From: an uncultured Gemmatimonadales bacterium | Lineage (GTDB): Bacteria > Gemmatimonadota > Gemmatimonadetes > Gemmatimonadales > Gemmatimonadaceae | Assembly: GCA_963707505.1 (NCBI GenBank) | Contig: CAVPQB010000004.1 | Span: 1,120,001 to 1,184,000, forward strand | Direction of reading: 5' to 3' | Length of the DNA: 64,000 nucleotides | Shown here: piece after piece, positions 21,135 through 32,873 of the stretch | Layout: each line of letters opens with the position of its first letter | How positions within the stretch are numbered: the stretch's first letter is position 1 | Made by a program: the position numbers and the translations under genes | The notes under the pieces: generated by a model | Told to the model about the DNA's origin: nothing | The model's input: only the letters and a program-made list of their open reading frames with translations | Database searches by the model: none

Positions 21135-22123
21135 TGCAAATACCATCGGTTCAGCTCGTCACGCCGCTCGCGCTGCTGTTGCTACTTGCGCTTCCTGTCT
21201 GGTGGATCATTCGCGCGCGCAAGCGTCCACCGGCAATCACATTCTCGCGGACTTCCACGCTCGCTCGCGGCCCACACGTGGGGTCCGCGGTCGAGCGCAC
21301 GCTGTTCATTCTCCGCAACCTCGTTCTTGCGGCGCTCGTACTCGCGCTTGCTCGCCCGCGGGGCGTGGGCCATTCGGAGAATGTGACGAGTGAGGGAATC
21401 AACATCGTACTCGTCATCGATCTGTCCAGCTCGATGCTCGCCGAGGACTTTCAGCCGTCGAACAGAATTGCTGTTGCCAAGGCGACAGTCAAGCGGTTCA
21501 TCGCGGGGCGCACGTCCGACCGTATCGGGCTTGTTGCGTTCGCAGCGGAGGCGCTCACGCAGGTCCCGCTCACAACCGATTATCCAGTGGTGATGCAGGC
21601 CGTGGATAATCTGCAGGCAGGGCAGCTGGAAGATGGAACCGCGATCGGCACCGCAATCGCGACCGCTGCCAACAGACTCCGTACGGCGCCGGGAAAGTCA
21701 CGCGTGATGATTCTCCTGACGGACGGCGTGAACAATCGTGGCGACATCGATCCGCTGACCGCTGCTCGCGCAGCTGCCGCGTACGGTATCAAGATATACA
21801 GCATCGGTGTCGGTACGGAAGGAATGGCGCCGGTACCAGTTGGTCGCGGGCTGTACGGCCTCAGATATGAAAATCAGCCGGTGGAGATCGATGAAGCGTT
21901 GCTCACGCGCATCTCCAACATGACCGGCGGACGATATTTCCGCGCGGTCGATGCGACCGCGCTACAGAACATCTATTCACAGATCGATACCCTGGAACGC
22001 ACGCCGGTTCAATCCACTACTTATGTGCGCTACAGCGAGCTGTTTCGCTGGCCGCTCGGCATCGCGGTGGTCGCGCTGCTCATCGAGCTGGGCGTCGCGG
22101 CAGTCAAGGCACCGCTACCGTGA
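21134..22123 (+). CDS. batA: BatA-like VWA domain membrane protein
   Basis: ALARP, DLSSSM MIDAS, DRIGLVAF, PLTTD, GTAIG, LLTDG. Confidence 0.88.
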   Translation: MQIPSVQLVTPLALLLLLALPVWWIIRARKRPPAITFSRTSTLARGPHVGSAVERTLFILRNLVLAALVLALARPRGVGHSENVTSEGINIVLVIDLSSSMLAEDFQPSNRIAVAKATVKRFIAGRTSDRIGLVAFAAEALTQVPLTTDYPVVMQAVDNLQAGQLEDGTAIGTAIATAANRLRTAPGKSRVMILLTDGVNNRGDIDPLTAARAAAAYGIKIYSIGVGTEGMAPVPVGRGLYGLRYENQPVEIDEALLTRISNMTGGRYFRAVDATALQNIYSQIDTLERTPVQSTTYVRYSELFRWPLGIAVVALLIELGVAAVKAPLP

Positions 22124-23676
22124 TTCGCTTCCTGGAATGGCCATGGGCGGTTGCATTCGCCGTGCTGTTGCCCGTCGCGGGGATAGTCGCGTTGATCGTT
22201 GGACGCCGCTCGCGTGTCCGGCGTCTCTCGCTGCTCGGCACTCGCACGATGCTGGCGCGACTTGCGCCGCTTGGTACGCGTCGCGGCCCGTGGCATAATG
22301 TGCGCATCGTCACTGCGCTCCTTCTGCTTGGTGCCGCAGTTTCGGGCCCGCGCTGGGGACAGGAGAGCTCGGTCGTCAGTCGCAGCGGCGCCGATGTCGT
22401 TCTCGCGCTCGATGCCTCGCTGTCCATGACCGCGACCGACGAGCGTCCGTCACGTCTCGCGAAGATGAAGCAGGTCGTGCGTCAGCTTCGCGCGTTGTCA
22501 CCGGACGATCGCTTTGCGATGCTCGCATTCGCTGGCAAGTCGTACATCCTCACGCCTCTGACGACCGACGACGGCGCCCTTGCGCTCTACCTCGACAACC
22601 TGGACCCGACGGTTGTCGGAGAAGCGGGCAGCTCCATGTCGAGTGCGCTACGCCAGGCTACCGCTCTACTTGGCCTGGGCAAGGGGAACGGTAACAAGGC
22701 CATCGTATTGATGAGCGACGGTGAGGCGTTCGAGCCACTGTCGGATGTTGCGGCGGCTGCGAAACGCGCGAAGGATGCCGGAATCGAGGTCGTTACGGTT
22801 GGATTTGGCACGCCGCAGGGCTCGACCATTCCCATTGTCGAAAACGGCGCAACGACGGTGAAGCGCGACGAGAATGGCCAGGTCGTCGTGACGCAATATC
22901 ATCCCGAATTTCTGCGTACTGCTGCGGATTCGGCTGAGGGAGTGTTCGTACCAGCCGAGGCCACGAACAAGGCTGAGGCGGTGAGGTCGGCGATCCAGCG
23001 GCTCAAGACCGAAGCGCACGCAGTTCAGACGGGACGCGATCTCATGCCTCGGTTCCAGTGGTTCGTTGCTCCGGCGTTGCTGCTCCTGTTGCTGGATGCG
23101 TTGCTCGGGCTCCGATCGCGACGGCGGCTTGCTGGCGCGGCGATCATCGCTGCAGGAACGCTCGCAGCATGTTCACCCAGTTCCAAGACCGAGCTGCTGG
23201 CGTACAATCGCGGAACCACGCTACTTTCGCACGATTCGCTTGCCGCGGCAGTGCCAATTCTCGATTCTGTCGAGGCGCGGCATGGTCCGATGGCGTTCAA
23301 TGCGACGTTCAACGCCGGCTGGGCGTATCTTGTTACAGGCAGGAAGCTACGTGGCGACACAGCCGCTCAGCCACTCGACAGCGCGCTTGCGCACTACCGA
23401 AGGGCGCTGACTCTTTCGCCCGACGATAGCGATGCCAAGTGGAATTACGAGCTTGCACTCCGCGTTCACAAGGCATCGAGCGGTGGTGGCGGAGGAGGTG
23501 GTGGTGGCGGAGGCGGTGCGCAGGCACCGCAACCGAAGCCAGCCGGAGGCGGAGCTCTGGGATCTCAGCAGGCTGATGCCGTTTTGAACAATGCCGCACG
23601 CGAGGAGCAGGACGTGCAGGGACGCAAACAGCAGAAGAACGTGCCGCAACCGCCGCCGCGCGGGAAGGACTGGTGA
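22120..23676 (+). CDS. BatB/BatC-like fused VWA + TPR protein
   Basis: DASLSM MIDAS, PLTTD, MSDGE; then YNRG..AKWNYELA TPR, poly-Gly linker, GKDW end. Confidence 0.8.
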   Translation: MIRFLEWPWAVAFAVLLPVAGIVALIVGRRSRVRRLSLLGTRTMLARLAPLGTRRGPWHNVRIVTALLLLGAAVSGPRWGQESSVVSRSGADVVLALDASLSMTATDERPSRLAKMKQVVRQLRALSPDDRFAMLAFAGKSYILTPLTTDDGALALYLDNLDPTVVGEAGSSMSSALRQATALLGLGKGNGNKAIVLMSDGEAFEPLSDVAAAAKRAKDAGIEVVTVGFGTPQGSTIPIVENGATTVKRDENGQVVVTQYHPEFLRTAADSAEGVFVPAEATNKAEAVRSAIQRLKTEAHAVQTGRDLMPRFQWFVAPALLLLLLDALLGLRSRRRLAGAAIIAAGTLAACSPSSKTELLAYNRGTTLLSHDSLAAAVPILDSVEARHGPMAFNATFNAGWAYLVTGRKLRGDTAAQPLDSALAHYRRALTLSPDDSDAKWNYELALRVHKASSGGGGGGGGGGGGAQAPQPKPAGGGALGSQQADAVLNNAAREEQDVQGRKQQKNVPQPPPRGKDW

Positions 23677-24656
23677 TCGTCGGACTGCTGCTCTTCGCGC
23701 AGGTCGGCGTCGTTCAGTTCCAGACGCAGGTGTCGCCGGATACGGTTTACGTAGGGCAGCAGGTGAACTACGATGCCGTGACGCTCGTGGACGACGTCGC
23801 GCGGCGGCGCCTGCGCGCCAATCCCGTTTTCACGCCAGCCGACGTCGCCGGCGTAACGATATATGACTTCCCCTTCGATACGAGCTCCATATCGACCGTC
23901 ACGGTGAACGGCGCGCCTTACCGGCGTTACGCATACCACCGCGCGCTGTTCCCGCTGCTGCCTGGTACGTACACGGTGCCAGCCGCGACGCTGCAGTACC
24001 GGCTTCCGGATGGAGACGACTACTTCAGCCCGCCGCGCACGTATTCGACGATGTCGGCTCCGCAGTCGTTTACCGCAGTCGCGTTGCCCACGTCGGGAAA
24101 GCCCGTTGGCTTCATCGGTGCGGTCGGAGAATTTCGGGATACACTCCGCACGGACGGATCCAGCCTGCGGATTGGTGATCCGTTTACGGTCACCATGCGA
24201 TTGTCGGGCGTTGGCAATCTGCGATTGCTTGCGCGTCCCACTCTCGATATCGACTGGGCAACGACGGTTCCGGGCGAGGAGCGTGTTTACTGGGATTCTG
24301 CCGGAGCCGTGGTGCGTGGCGCCAAGGAGTTCGACTGGGTGGTTACGCCGAAGATTTCCGGCGACATGGTGCTCCCGGAGCTGCGGTACGATTTCTTCAA
24401 TCCCACTTCGCGCCGTTACGAATACGCGACTACACCATCGCTGCGCGTCATGGTCGCGGCCGCGACAGGTCCGGCAGCGGATACAACGGCGGTCCCGCGG
24501 GACACCATCGGTGATACGCCATTTCCGGCGCTCGCAAGACTCGCGCGATCCAACTCGCTAGTGATCGCGATCGCCGCAACCGCCATTGCAGTGATTCTCC
24601 TGGGCATCCTGCTTCTGAGCCGACGACGTCGCAGCGACCAGGACGACGAAGAGTGA
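23673..24656 (+). CDS. BatD-like protein
   Basis: VYVGQQ, LFPLLPG, FIGAVG, GVGNL, FFNP motifs; C-terminal TM. Confidence 0.75.
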   Translation: MIVGLLLFAQVGVVQFQTQVSPDTVYVGQQVNYDAVTLVDDVARRRLRANPVFTPADVAGVTIYDFPFDTSSISTVTVNGAPYRRYAYHRALFPLLPGTYTVPAATLQYRLPDGDDYFSPPRTYSTMSAPQSFTAVALPTSGKPVGFIGAVGEFRDTLRTDGSSLRIGDPFTVTMRLSGVGNLRLLARPTLDIDWATTVPGEERVYWDSAGAVVRGAKEFDWVVTPKISGDMVLPELRYDFFNPTSRRYEYATTPSLRVMVAAATGPAADTTAVPRDTIGDTPFPALARLARSNSLVIAIAATAIAVILLGILLLSRRRRSDQDDEE

Positions 24657-24714
24657 CGAAGCGGCGCGGCGCATCCGCTTGCCGTTACGCCGTGCCACCA
24701 CTACGGTCACAAGC

Positions 24715-26481
24715 GTGCCAGTAATCAGCGTTCTTCCCAGCGCGGTAGCGGACCAGATTGCGGCCGGAGAAGTCGTTGAGCGTCCTGCATCGGTCGTGAA
24801 GGAGCTCGTCGAGAATTCGCTCGATGCCGGTGCGAAGTCGGTGGAGATCGTCGTGCAGGAAGGCGGCCGCGCTCTAATTCGCATAAGCGACGATGGGGCA
24901 GGGATGGATGCGGACGACGCGGTGCTCTCGCTCGCCCGGCATGGGACGTCCAAGATTCGCACATCCGCGGATCTCACGGGCGTGCGCACCTTTGGATTTC
25001 GCGGCGAAGCGCTGCCTGCAATCTGCTCCGTTTCGCGTATGGAAATCGAGACTGCTCTGCACGACGGAAGCGGCACGCGGCTCGAAGCCGCGGGCGGCGC
25101 ACCGCCAACCATCACACCGACGCAACGACGGCGCGGCACCACGGTTACTGTTACCGATCTGTTCTACAACTCGCCGGCGCGGGCCAGGTTTCTGCGGGGA
25201 AGTCGCTCGGAGTGGCGTGCGATATCGGACATTGTCATGACGCTCGCTCTCACTCGTCGCGACATTCGCTTCGACCTGTCACACGATGGCCGCCGCTCAC
25301 TCTCAGCGCCTCCGGCTCCTTCACTACGTGTGCGACTCGGCGCACTCTGGGGTGTCCAGTACGCCGATGGCTTGCTGGATGTGGATGATGTGGCGGGCCC
25401 GATTCATGTATCCGGTCTTGTCGAGCGTCCCGCAAATGTAGGAACGGCAACGCGGCGCGTCTTTCTCTCGGTCAACGGACGGTCCATACGGGACGCTGGC
25501 ATTGTGCGTGGCGCGGAGGCGGCGTACCGATCGACAATTCCAGCCGGAACGAGACCTGCACTGTATCTGGAAATCTTTGTGCCCACGGACTCAGTCGACG
25601 TGAACGTCCATCCAGCCAAGGCCGAGATTCGATTTCAGGATCGCTGGACGGTCGAACGCGCTGTCGAGCGTGCCGTGCGACGTGCGCTTGGCACCTTCGA
25701 TAGCTCTGCGTCGATGGGGCGGTCGTTCTTCGGCGGAATTACGGCTGCGAACGAGCCCGTTCAGGTAATCGAAAGCCGGATTCTCGCGCCGCATACGGAT
25801 GATACGCCGCTCTTCCAGGCTGCTGATTCGTCCGTCGATTCGTCAGATGTGGAAGATTACGAAGCTGTCGCGCGCGATATTGCGGGCAGCACAGGCACGC
25901 GCGAAGATGACAGCATTCCGCCGCTCACACAGCTTCGTCGTACGTACATCATGTTCGAGCACGAGGATGGCGTGGTGCTCATCGACCAGCATTCCGCGCA
26001 CGAACGCGTTCTGTACGAAGAGTTCATGCACGACATCGAGAGAGGCTCGGCGAATTCGCAGCGACTGCTCCTTCCATTCACATTGACGTTGTCCGCGCAG
26101 GAACTGGAAGCGTTCGATCTCGATCATGAATACTTCGACAAGCTTGGCTTCGAGATCGAGCCGTTCGGCGGGAATGCGCTGATCGTACACGCGGTTCCTG
26201 TGCCGCACCCGCGCTTCGACGCGGAGCGCTGCCTTCGCGATACTCTTGCGTCCCTGACTGGCGACCGCACGCCGTCGGCGCATGGCCGGCATGAGAAGCT
26301 GGTTGCGACGATCGCGTGCAAGGCAGCGGTGAAGGGGGGTGATCTGCTCTCGGGCGCGGAGATGCGCGCATTGTTCATCGCGCTTCGTGATACGAATCTC
26401 CCTGCACACGACGTTCACGGACGCTCCACGATCGTGCAGCTGGCGTGGAGCGAAGTAGACAGGCGTTTTGGCCGATCGTAG
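24715..26481 (+). CDS. mutL: DNA mismatch repair endonuclease MutL
   Basis: IAAGEVVERPASVVKELVENSLDAGA, GFRGEAL, DVNVHPAK, DQHSAHER, ACK, HGR. Confidence 0.96.
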   Translation: MPVISVLPSAVADQIAAGEVVERPASVVKELVENSLDAGAKSVEIVVQEGGRALIRISDDGAGMDADDAVLSLARHGTSKIRTSADLTGVRTFGFRGEALPAICSVSRMEIETALHDGSGTRLEAAGGAPPTITPTQRRRGTTVTVTDLFYNSPARARFLRGSRSEWRAISDIVMTLALTRRDIRFDLSHDGRRSLSAPPAPSLRVRLGALWGVQYADGLLDVDDVAGPIHVSGLVERPANVGTATRRVFLSVNGRSIRDAGIVRGAEAAYRSTIPAGTRPALYLEIFVPTDSVDVNVHPAKAEIRFQDRWTVERAVERAVRRALGTFDSSASMGRSFFGGITAANEPVQVIESRILAPHTDDTPLFQAADSSVDSSDVEDYEAVARDIAGSTGTREDDSIPPLTQLRRTYIMFEHEDGVVLIDQHSAHERVLYEEFMHDIERGSANSQRLLLPFTLTLSAQELEAFDLDHEYFDKLGFEIEPFGGNALIVHAVPVPHPRFDAERCLRDTLASLTGDRTPSAHGRHEKLVATIACKAAVKGGDLLSGAEMRALFIALRDTNLPAHDVHGRSTIVQLAWSEVDRRFGRS

Positions 26482-27118
26482 GATTCGGGTGATTGTCGGG
26501 CCGACGGCTGCGGGGAAGTCCATGCGCGCCATGGAAGCCGCGGCAGCTGGGGACATCGCCATAATCTCGGCGGACAGCCGGCAGATTTACCGAAAGTTTG
26601 ACATCGGCACCGCCAAACCGACTCCTGAAGAGCTCTCCAGCGTCGTACATTTCGGTGTGAACGTCGTCGAGCCGACCGAGCACTACAGCGCATACCAGTG
26701 GGCGCGCGACGCCGCGCGTTGGATCGGCGAGGCGAAGCGCCTTGGAAAGGTGCCCATCATCGTGGGAGGAACCGGGTTCTACGTGAAGTCTCTGTTCGAC
26801 CCACCGTACGACGAGCCGCCCGTGACGGGTCTCGAGCTCATTCCCGAATACGAAGTAGTCGACCCCGGTCCAGATCTCCGGAATCACATCGAGACACGCG
26901 TCGATCAAATGTTGGAGAATGGCTGGCTGGAAGAGGTCGCATCGCTCATGCAGAGCGTGCCGGCTGACGCGATAGCGTGGAAGGCTTCGGGTTATCGCGT
27001 GATGCGGCGACATCTTGAAGGCGAATATTCTCTCGCTCACGCACGCGAGCGGGCGATCATCGAGACGCGTCAGTACGCGAAACGGCAGCGAACCTGGTTC
27101 AGGCACCAACTACCATGA
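26468..27118 (+). CDS. miaA: MiaA-family dimethylallyltransferase, unusually short (216 aa)
   Basis: GPTAAGKS, SADSRQIY, DIGTAKP, VGGTGFY, TRQYAKRQRTWF; mutL-miaA synteny. Confidence 0.85.
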   Translation: MADRRIRVIVGPTAAGKSMRAMEAAAAGDIAIISADSRQIYRKFDIGTAKPTPEELSSVVHFGVNVVEPTEHYSAYQWARDAARWIGEAKRLGKVPIIVGGTGFYVKSLFDPPYDEPPVTGLELIPEYEVVDPGPDLRNHIETRVDQMLENGWLEEVASLMQSVPADAIAWKASGYRVMRRHLEGEYSLAHARERAIIETRQYAKRQRTWFRHQLP

Positions 27119-28260
27119 AGATCGGCATCACGTGTTATCCCACATACGGCGGATCCGGCGCGGTCGCGACCGAGCTCGGTATCGCGCTCGCGGCGCGCGG
27201 CCATGAAGTTCACTTCATCAGCTACCGGCAGCCATTCCGTCTTCCGTCGTTTCTCCCTCGCGTATTCTTTCACGAAGTCCAGGTGGGAGCATACCCGCTC
27301 TTCGAGTACCCTCCCTACGATCTTGCATTGGCGGTACAGATGCACGAAGTCGTGAAGATGCACGGCGTCGAGGTACTCCACTGCCATTACGCGATCCCGC
27401 ATGCGACAAGCGCGTGGATCGCACGTGAGATGCTGCGAGCCGAGCACTCGGACGTCGCCGTCGTGACAACGCTGCATGGGACAGACATTACGCTGGTGGG
27501 CCAGGATCCATCGTTCCACGCGATAACGAAATTCTCGATCGAGAAATCGGACCGTATAACGGCCGTGTCCGACTATCTGCGCGACGAAACGTTCAACGCG
27601 TTCCACTGTACAGGGTGTCGTGTCGCAGTGATTCCGAACTTTATCGACCCCGCCGTTTACGATCGGTCCCTCTACAGCAGGTCAGAGCTGCTCCCGTTCG
27701 CCGGGGACCGCAAGGTGCTGATGCATATCTCCAACTTCCGCGCTGTAAAGCGCGTACGCGACGTCGTGCGCATCTATGCCAAGGTTGCTGCGAAGACTCC
27801 GAGCGTGCTGGTAATGGTGGGCGATGGTCCCGAGCGTCCTGCCGCCGAGGATGAGGTACGCGCGCTCGGCGTCGGCGATTCCGTATTCTTCCTGGGAAAG
27901 ATAGAGACGGTGGCGCCGCTGTTGGCCAGCGCCGACGTCTTTCTGCTGCCCACGTCGAGCGAATCATTTGGTTTGAGTGCGCTCGAGGCGATGGCATCAG
28001 GCGTTCCGGTGGTGGGTAGCGATTCTGGCGGACTGCCGGAAGTCGTAACGAACGGCGTGACCGGTCTGCTGTACCCCGTGGGTGATGTAGATTCGATGGC
28101 CGCGGGCGTGCTGTCTATCGTCACCGATCCCAGCCGTCAGGCGGACATGGGCGCAGCCGGAGCCGATGACGCGCGCAAGCGCTTCGCGCTCGACACCGTA
28201 GTTTCGCAGTACGAAGAACTGTATCGCAGCGCGCTCAGACTACCTTCCGACGCTCACTAA
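27115..28260 (+). CDS. bshA: N-acetyl-alpha-D-glucosaminyl L-malate synthase (GT4)
   Basis: MKIGITCYPTYGGSGAVATELG, HYAIPHA, TTLHGTDIT, HISNFR, ESFGL. Confidence 0.9.
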   Translation: MKIGITCYPTYGGSGAVATELGIALAARGHEVHFISYRQPFRLPSFLPRVFFHEVQVGAYPLFEYPPYDLALAVQMHEVVKMHGVEVLHCHYAIPHATSAWIAREMLRAEHSDVAVVTTLHGTDITLVGQDPSFHAITKFSIEKSDRITAVSDYLRDETFNAFHCTGCRVAVIPNFIDPAVYDRSLYSRSELLPFAGDRKVLMHISNFRAVKRVRDVVRIYAKVAAKTPSVLVMVGDGPERPAAEDEVRALGVGDSVFFLGKIETVAPLLASADVFLLPTSSESFGLSALEAMASGVPVVGSDSGGLPEVVTNGVTGLLYPVGDVDSMAAGVLSIVTDPSRQADMGAAGADDARKRFALDTVVSQYEELYRSALRLPSDAH

Positions 28261-28270
28261 TCCCTACTGG

Positions 28271-29080
28271 ATGCCCACAATATTTCAAGCGCTGGTGCTC
28301 GGCCTTCTTCAGGGACTGGCCGAGTTCCTTCCGATCAGCAGCTCAGCACATCTCGCACTGGCACCGTGGCTGTTCAACTGGCCCGATCCGGGCCTTTCCT
28401 TCGACGTGGCACTGCACTTCGGTACGCTGATCGCCGTACTCTGGTACTTCGCGGGTGAGTGGATGTCGCTGTTGCGCGCCGCCGGCCAGATCATTCACAC
28501 GCGTAAGATCGTGACCGTCGAGCAGAAGCGAGCAGCGTTTCTGGTTGTCGCGACGATTCCGGGTGGAATATTCGGTTTGCTGCTGGAGAAGAAAGCGGAA
28601 ACCGCATTCCGCAACCCCGCGCTCATCGCGACGGCGCTGATTGTGCTCGGAATCCTGCTTTGGCTCGCCGATCGATTCGCTCGTTTCGATCGGCCGATCA
28701 CGCACATGACATGGAAGGACGCGATTCTTATCGGTTGCGCGCAGGTTTTCGCACTTATCCCCGGTGTGTCGCGCTCCGGATCGACGATCACCGCTGGACG
28801 CGCTCTGGGGTTGGATAGAAACGGCGCGGCGGCGTTCAGTTTTCTGCTGAGCATGCCAATCATCGCTGCTGCCGTGGTACTCAAGGTGCCACACGTGATG
28901 CGCGAATCCGGAATGAGCCTGCCCCTTCTCGTTGGCGTTGCGGCATCTGCAATCAGTGGCTGGCTCGCCATTTCGGTATTGCTCAAGTACGTGAGCCGGC
29001 ATTCTTACGGAGTGTTCGCGTTGTACCGCGTTCTACTCGGAGCGGCCGTTCTCGCGATCTACTATGCCCGTGGCGGCTGA
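28271..29080 (+). CDS. uppP: Undecaprenyl-diphosphate phosphatase
   Basis: QGLAEFLPISSSAH, PGVSRSGST. Confidence 0.95.
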   Translation: MPTIFQALVLGLLQGLAEFLPISSSAHLALAPWLFNWPDPGLSFDVALHFGTLIAVLWYFAGEWMSLLRAAGQIIHTRKIVTVEQKRAAFLVVATIPGGIFGLLLEKKAETAFRNPALIATALIVLGILLWLADRFARFDRPITHMTWKDAILIGCAQVFALIPGVSRSGSTITAGRALGLDRNGAAAFSFLLSMPIIAAAVVLKVPHVMRESGMSLPLLVGVAASAISGWLAISVLLKYVSRHSYGVFALYRVLLGAAVLAIYYARGG

Positions 29081-29834
29081 AGCTCGCCCGTCGCTCCGGT
29101 ATGACGGCCTCTCAGCGGCCGAGCTGGCGGAGCGCGCGGCAGTGCCTCGCGTCGCATTGTTCGACGTGGTGGGATCCACGATGGACGAAGCCCATGCACT
29201 TGCATCCGACGGAGTACCGGCTGGCACAGTCATACTTGCGGATTCGCAGTCATCCGGCCGGGGAAGAAACGGCAAGCGCTGGTCGTCACCACCGCGAGGC
29301 GTGTGGATGACGCTCATCGAGCGTCCAACGGATCCATCCGTGCTCGACGTTCTGTCGCTGCGCATCGGACTTGCTGCTGCGCGCGCGCTCGATACGTTCG
29401 CTGCGGAGCCTGTTCGCGTTAAGTGGCCCAACGATCTTTACGTCGAGGACGCCAAGCTTGCGGGTGTTCTGGTAGAGGCGCGCTGGCGCGGCGACCGGCT
29501 CGACTGGGTTGCCATCGGACTCGGCGTCAACATGGACCCCCCACCCGATCAAACAGCAGCCGTCCTCGAAGCTGGGACGTCGCGCGCAGACGTGGTCTGC
29601 GCCCTGCTTCCCGAGCTGCGCGGATCAGCGGCGATGTCGGGACCACTCACGCAGGACGAGATGGACGAGTACGCTGCGCGCGATCTGGCGCGCGGGCGCA
29701 CATGTACGGCACCCGTGCGCGGACGCGTAGTTGGAATCGCACCGACCGGCGAGCTATTGGTGGAGCTTGCGGATTCCATCGCGCGTGTACGAACCGGATC
29801 TTTGATGCTCCAGTCGTCGAACGAATCGGATTAA
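29064..29834 (+). CDS. birA: Biotin--protein ligase without N-terminal HTH
   Basis: QSSGRGR..W.S, KWPND, KLAGVL, IGLGVN. Confidence 0.92.
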   Translation: MPVAAEARPSLRYDGLSAAELAERAAVPRVALFDVVGSTMDEAHALASDGVPAGTVILADSQSSGRGRNGKRWSSPPRGVWMTLIERPTDPSVLDVLSLRIGLAAARALDTFAAEPVRVKWPNDLYVEDAKLAGVLVEARWRGDRLDWVAIGLGVNMDPPPDQTAAVLEAGTSRADVVCALLPELRGSAAMSGPLTQDEMDEYAARDLARGRTCTAPVRGRVVGIAPTGELLVELADSIARVRTGSLMLQSSNESD

Positions 29835-29854
29835 TCGAGCAACACGAGCCAACC

Positions 29855-30631
29855 ATGCTTCTCACGATAGATGTCGGTAATACAGAGACGACAGCCGGAC
29901 TGTTCGACGGAGACGTGCTACGCGCGCACTGGCGGCTCACGACAACTTCGGCGCGCACCGCCGACGAGATGCGAGTGCTTCTGTCGCAGCTCGTGGCCGC
30001 GGAAGGGATTTCCGCCGGGAGCGTCACCGGTGTCGCGTTGTGCTCCGTAGTGCCGCCGACGACGCAAACAGTCGTCGATGCATGCGACCTCGCATTTGGC
30101 GTAACGCCAGTAGTGGTCGACTCACGCACGCGGCTTCCGATCACGCTCGACGTCGATGAGCCCTCGACGGTCGGTGCCGACCGTGTGGTGAACACGCTCG
30201 CTGCGAGTCAGATCTACAAACGCGATTGCATCATCGTCGATATGGGGACCGCGACGACGTACGACTGCGTGAGTGCGAGCGGGTCGTTCTTCGGTGGGAT
30301 CATTCAGCCTGGCGTTCAGACTTCAGCGTCGATGCTCTTCGCCAAGACGGCGATGTTGCCGAGCACGGCGCTTGCGACGCCGCCGCGCGCGATCGGGACG
30401 AATACGGCCGACTGCATCCGCGCCGGCGTAGTGTTCGGCGCCGCGGATTCAATAGACGGCCTGATAGGGCGTATAAAAGCAGAGTGGCCGCATCCTGATA
30501 CGCCGTACGTTGTGGCAACCGGCGGCCTGGCGGACACCTTTCGGTCCTTCTGCACGGGCTTCAACGAGGTCGACCCTTTCCTCACGCTCCAGGGCCTCCG
30601 GCTCGCCTTCGGCATCGTTTCGAACGACTGA
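29855..30631 (+). CDS. coaX: Type III pantothenate kinase
   Basis: IDVGNT, VGADR, VDMGTATT, GGIIQPG, VATGG. Confidence 0.94.
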   Translation: MLLTIDVGNTETTAGLFDGDVLRAHWRLTTTSARTADEMRVLLSQLVAAEGISAGSVTGVALCSVVPPTTQTVVDACDLAFGVTPVVVDSRTRLPITLDVDEPSTVGADRVVNTLAASQIYKRDCIIVDMGTATTYDCVSASGSFFGGIIQPGVQTSASMLFAKTAMLPSTALATPPRAIGTNTADCIRAGVVFGAADSIDGLIGRIKAEWPHPDTPYVVATGGLADTFRSFCTGFNEVDPFLTLQGLRLAFGIVSND

Positions 30632-30684
30632 TCGAACGAGCGCGGTCACTTGAAGGCTGCCGCGAACAGGTTAATTTCCGGCTG

Positions 30685-30711
30685 TTAGCACTCTCTGTTG
30701 ATGAGTGCTAA
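30685..30711. promoter_or_regulatory. CIRCE element (HrcA operator)
   Basis: Exact TTAGCACTC-N9-GAGTGCTAA about 40 nt upstream of groES. Confidence 0.96.
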
Positions 30712-30751
30712 CGATTCTCCTCAACACTCTACAGCACAATAGAGGCGCTCT

Positions 30752-31054
30752 ATGGCAGACAAGACCGCCACCACCGTGAAGCCGCTCGCGGATCGCGTGG
30801 TTATCAAGGCACTCGAAGAGACCGAGCAGATGCGCGGTGGGCTCTTCATCCCGGACACGGCCAAGGAAAAGCCGCAGCAGGGCGAGATCATCGCCGTCGG
30901 CCCAGGCCGTTACGAGGATGGCAAGCTCGTTCCGATGTCGCTCAAGGTTGGCGACAAGGTCCTCTACGGCAAGTACAGCGGCACCGAAGTGACGCTCAGC
31001 GGTGACCAGGTTCTCATTCTCCGCGAGACAGATGTGCTCGCGGTGATCGGCTAA
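30752..31054 (+). CDS. groES: Co-chaperonin GroES
   Basis: KPLADRV, GGLFIPDTAKEKPQ, KVGDKVLYGKYSG. Confidence 0.98.
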   Translation: MADKTATTVKPLADRVVIKALEETEQMRGGLFIPDTAKEKPQQGEIIAVGPGRYEDGKLVPMSLKVGDKVLYGKYSGTEVTLSGDQVLILRETDVLAVIG

Positions 31055-31065
31055 ACGGAGACTAG

Positions 31066-32708
<1,643 letters not shown>

Positions 32709-32729
32709 CCGCTCGTCGCAATCTTGTAG

Positions 32730-32762
32730 AAACGGCCCGGGGCGAGTGCTCCGGGCCGTTTT
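32730..32762 (+). terminator. Intrinsic terminator after groEL, possibly bidirectional
   Basis: aaacggcccgg-ggcgagtgct-ccgggccgtttt hairpin with T tail. Confidence 0.8.
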
Positions 32763-32873
32763 GCGTAGAATGGTATCGCGCGCTCGACTCCGGTGTCTTA
32801 CACGCGCTCGAACAGCTGCGCGATCTTGTAGCGAAAGCGGGGTCGGTCGCCGAGGGCGGCTGACGATCGGCCT

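Noticed and set aside
23481..23517. GGT/GGC/GGA repeat as a contingency or tandem repeat locus
   Set aside because: Mixed codons encoding a poly-Gly linker in the BatB/C-like protein
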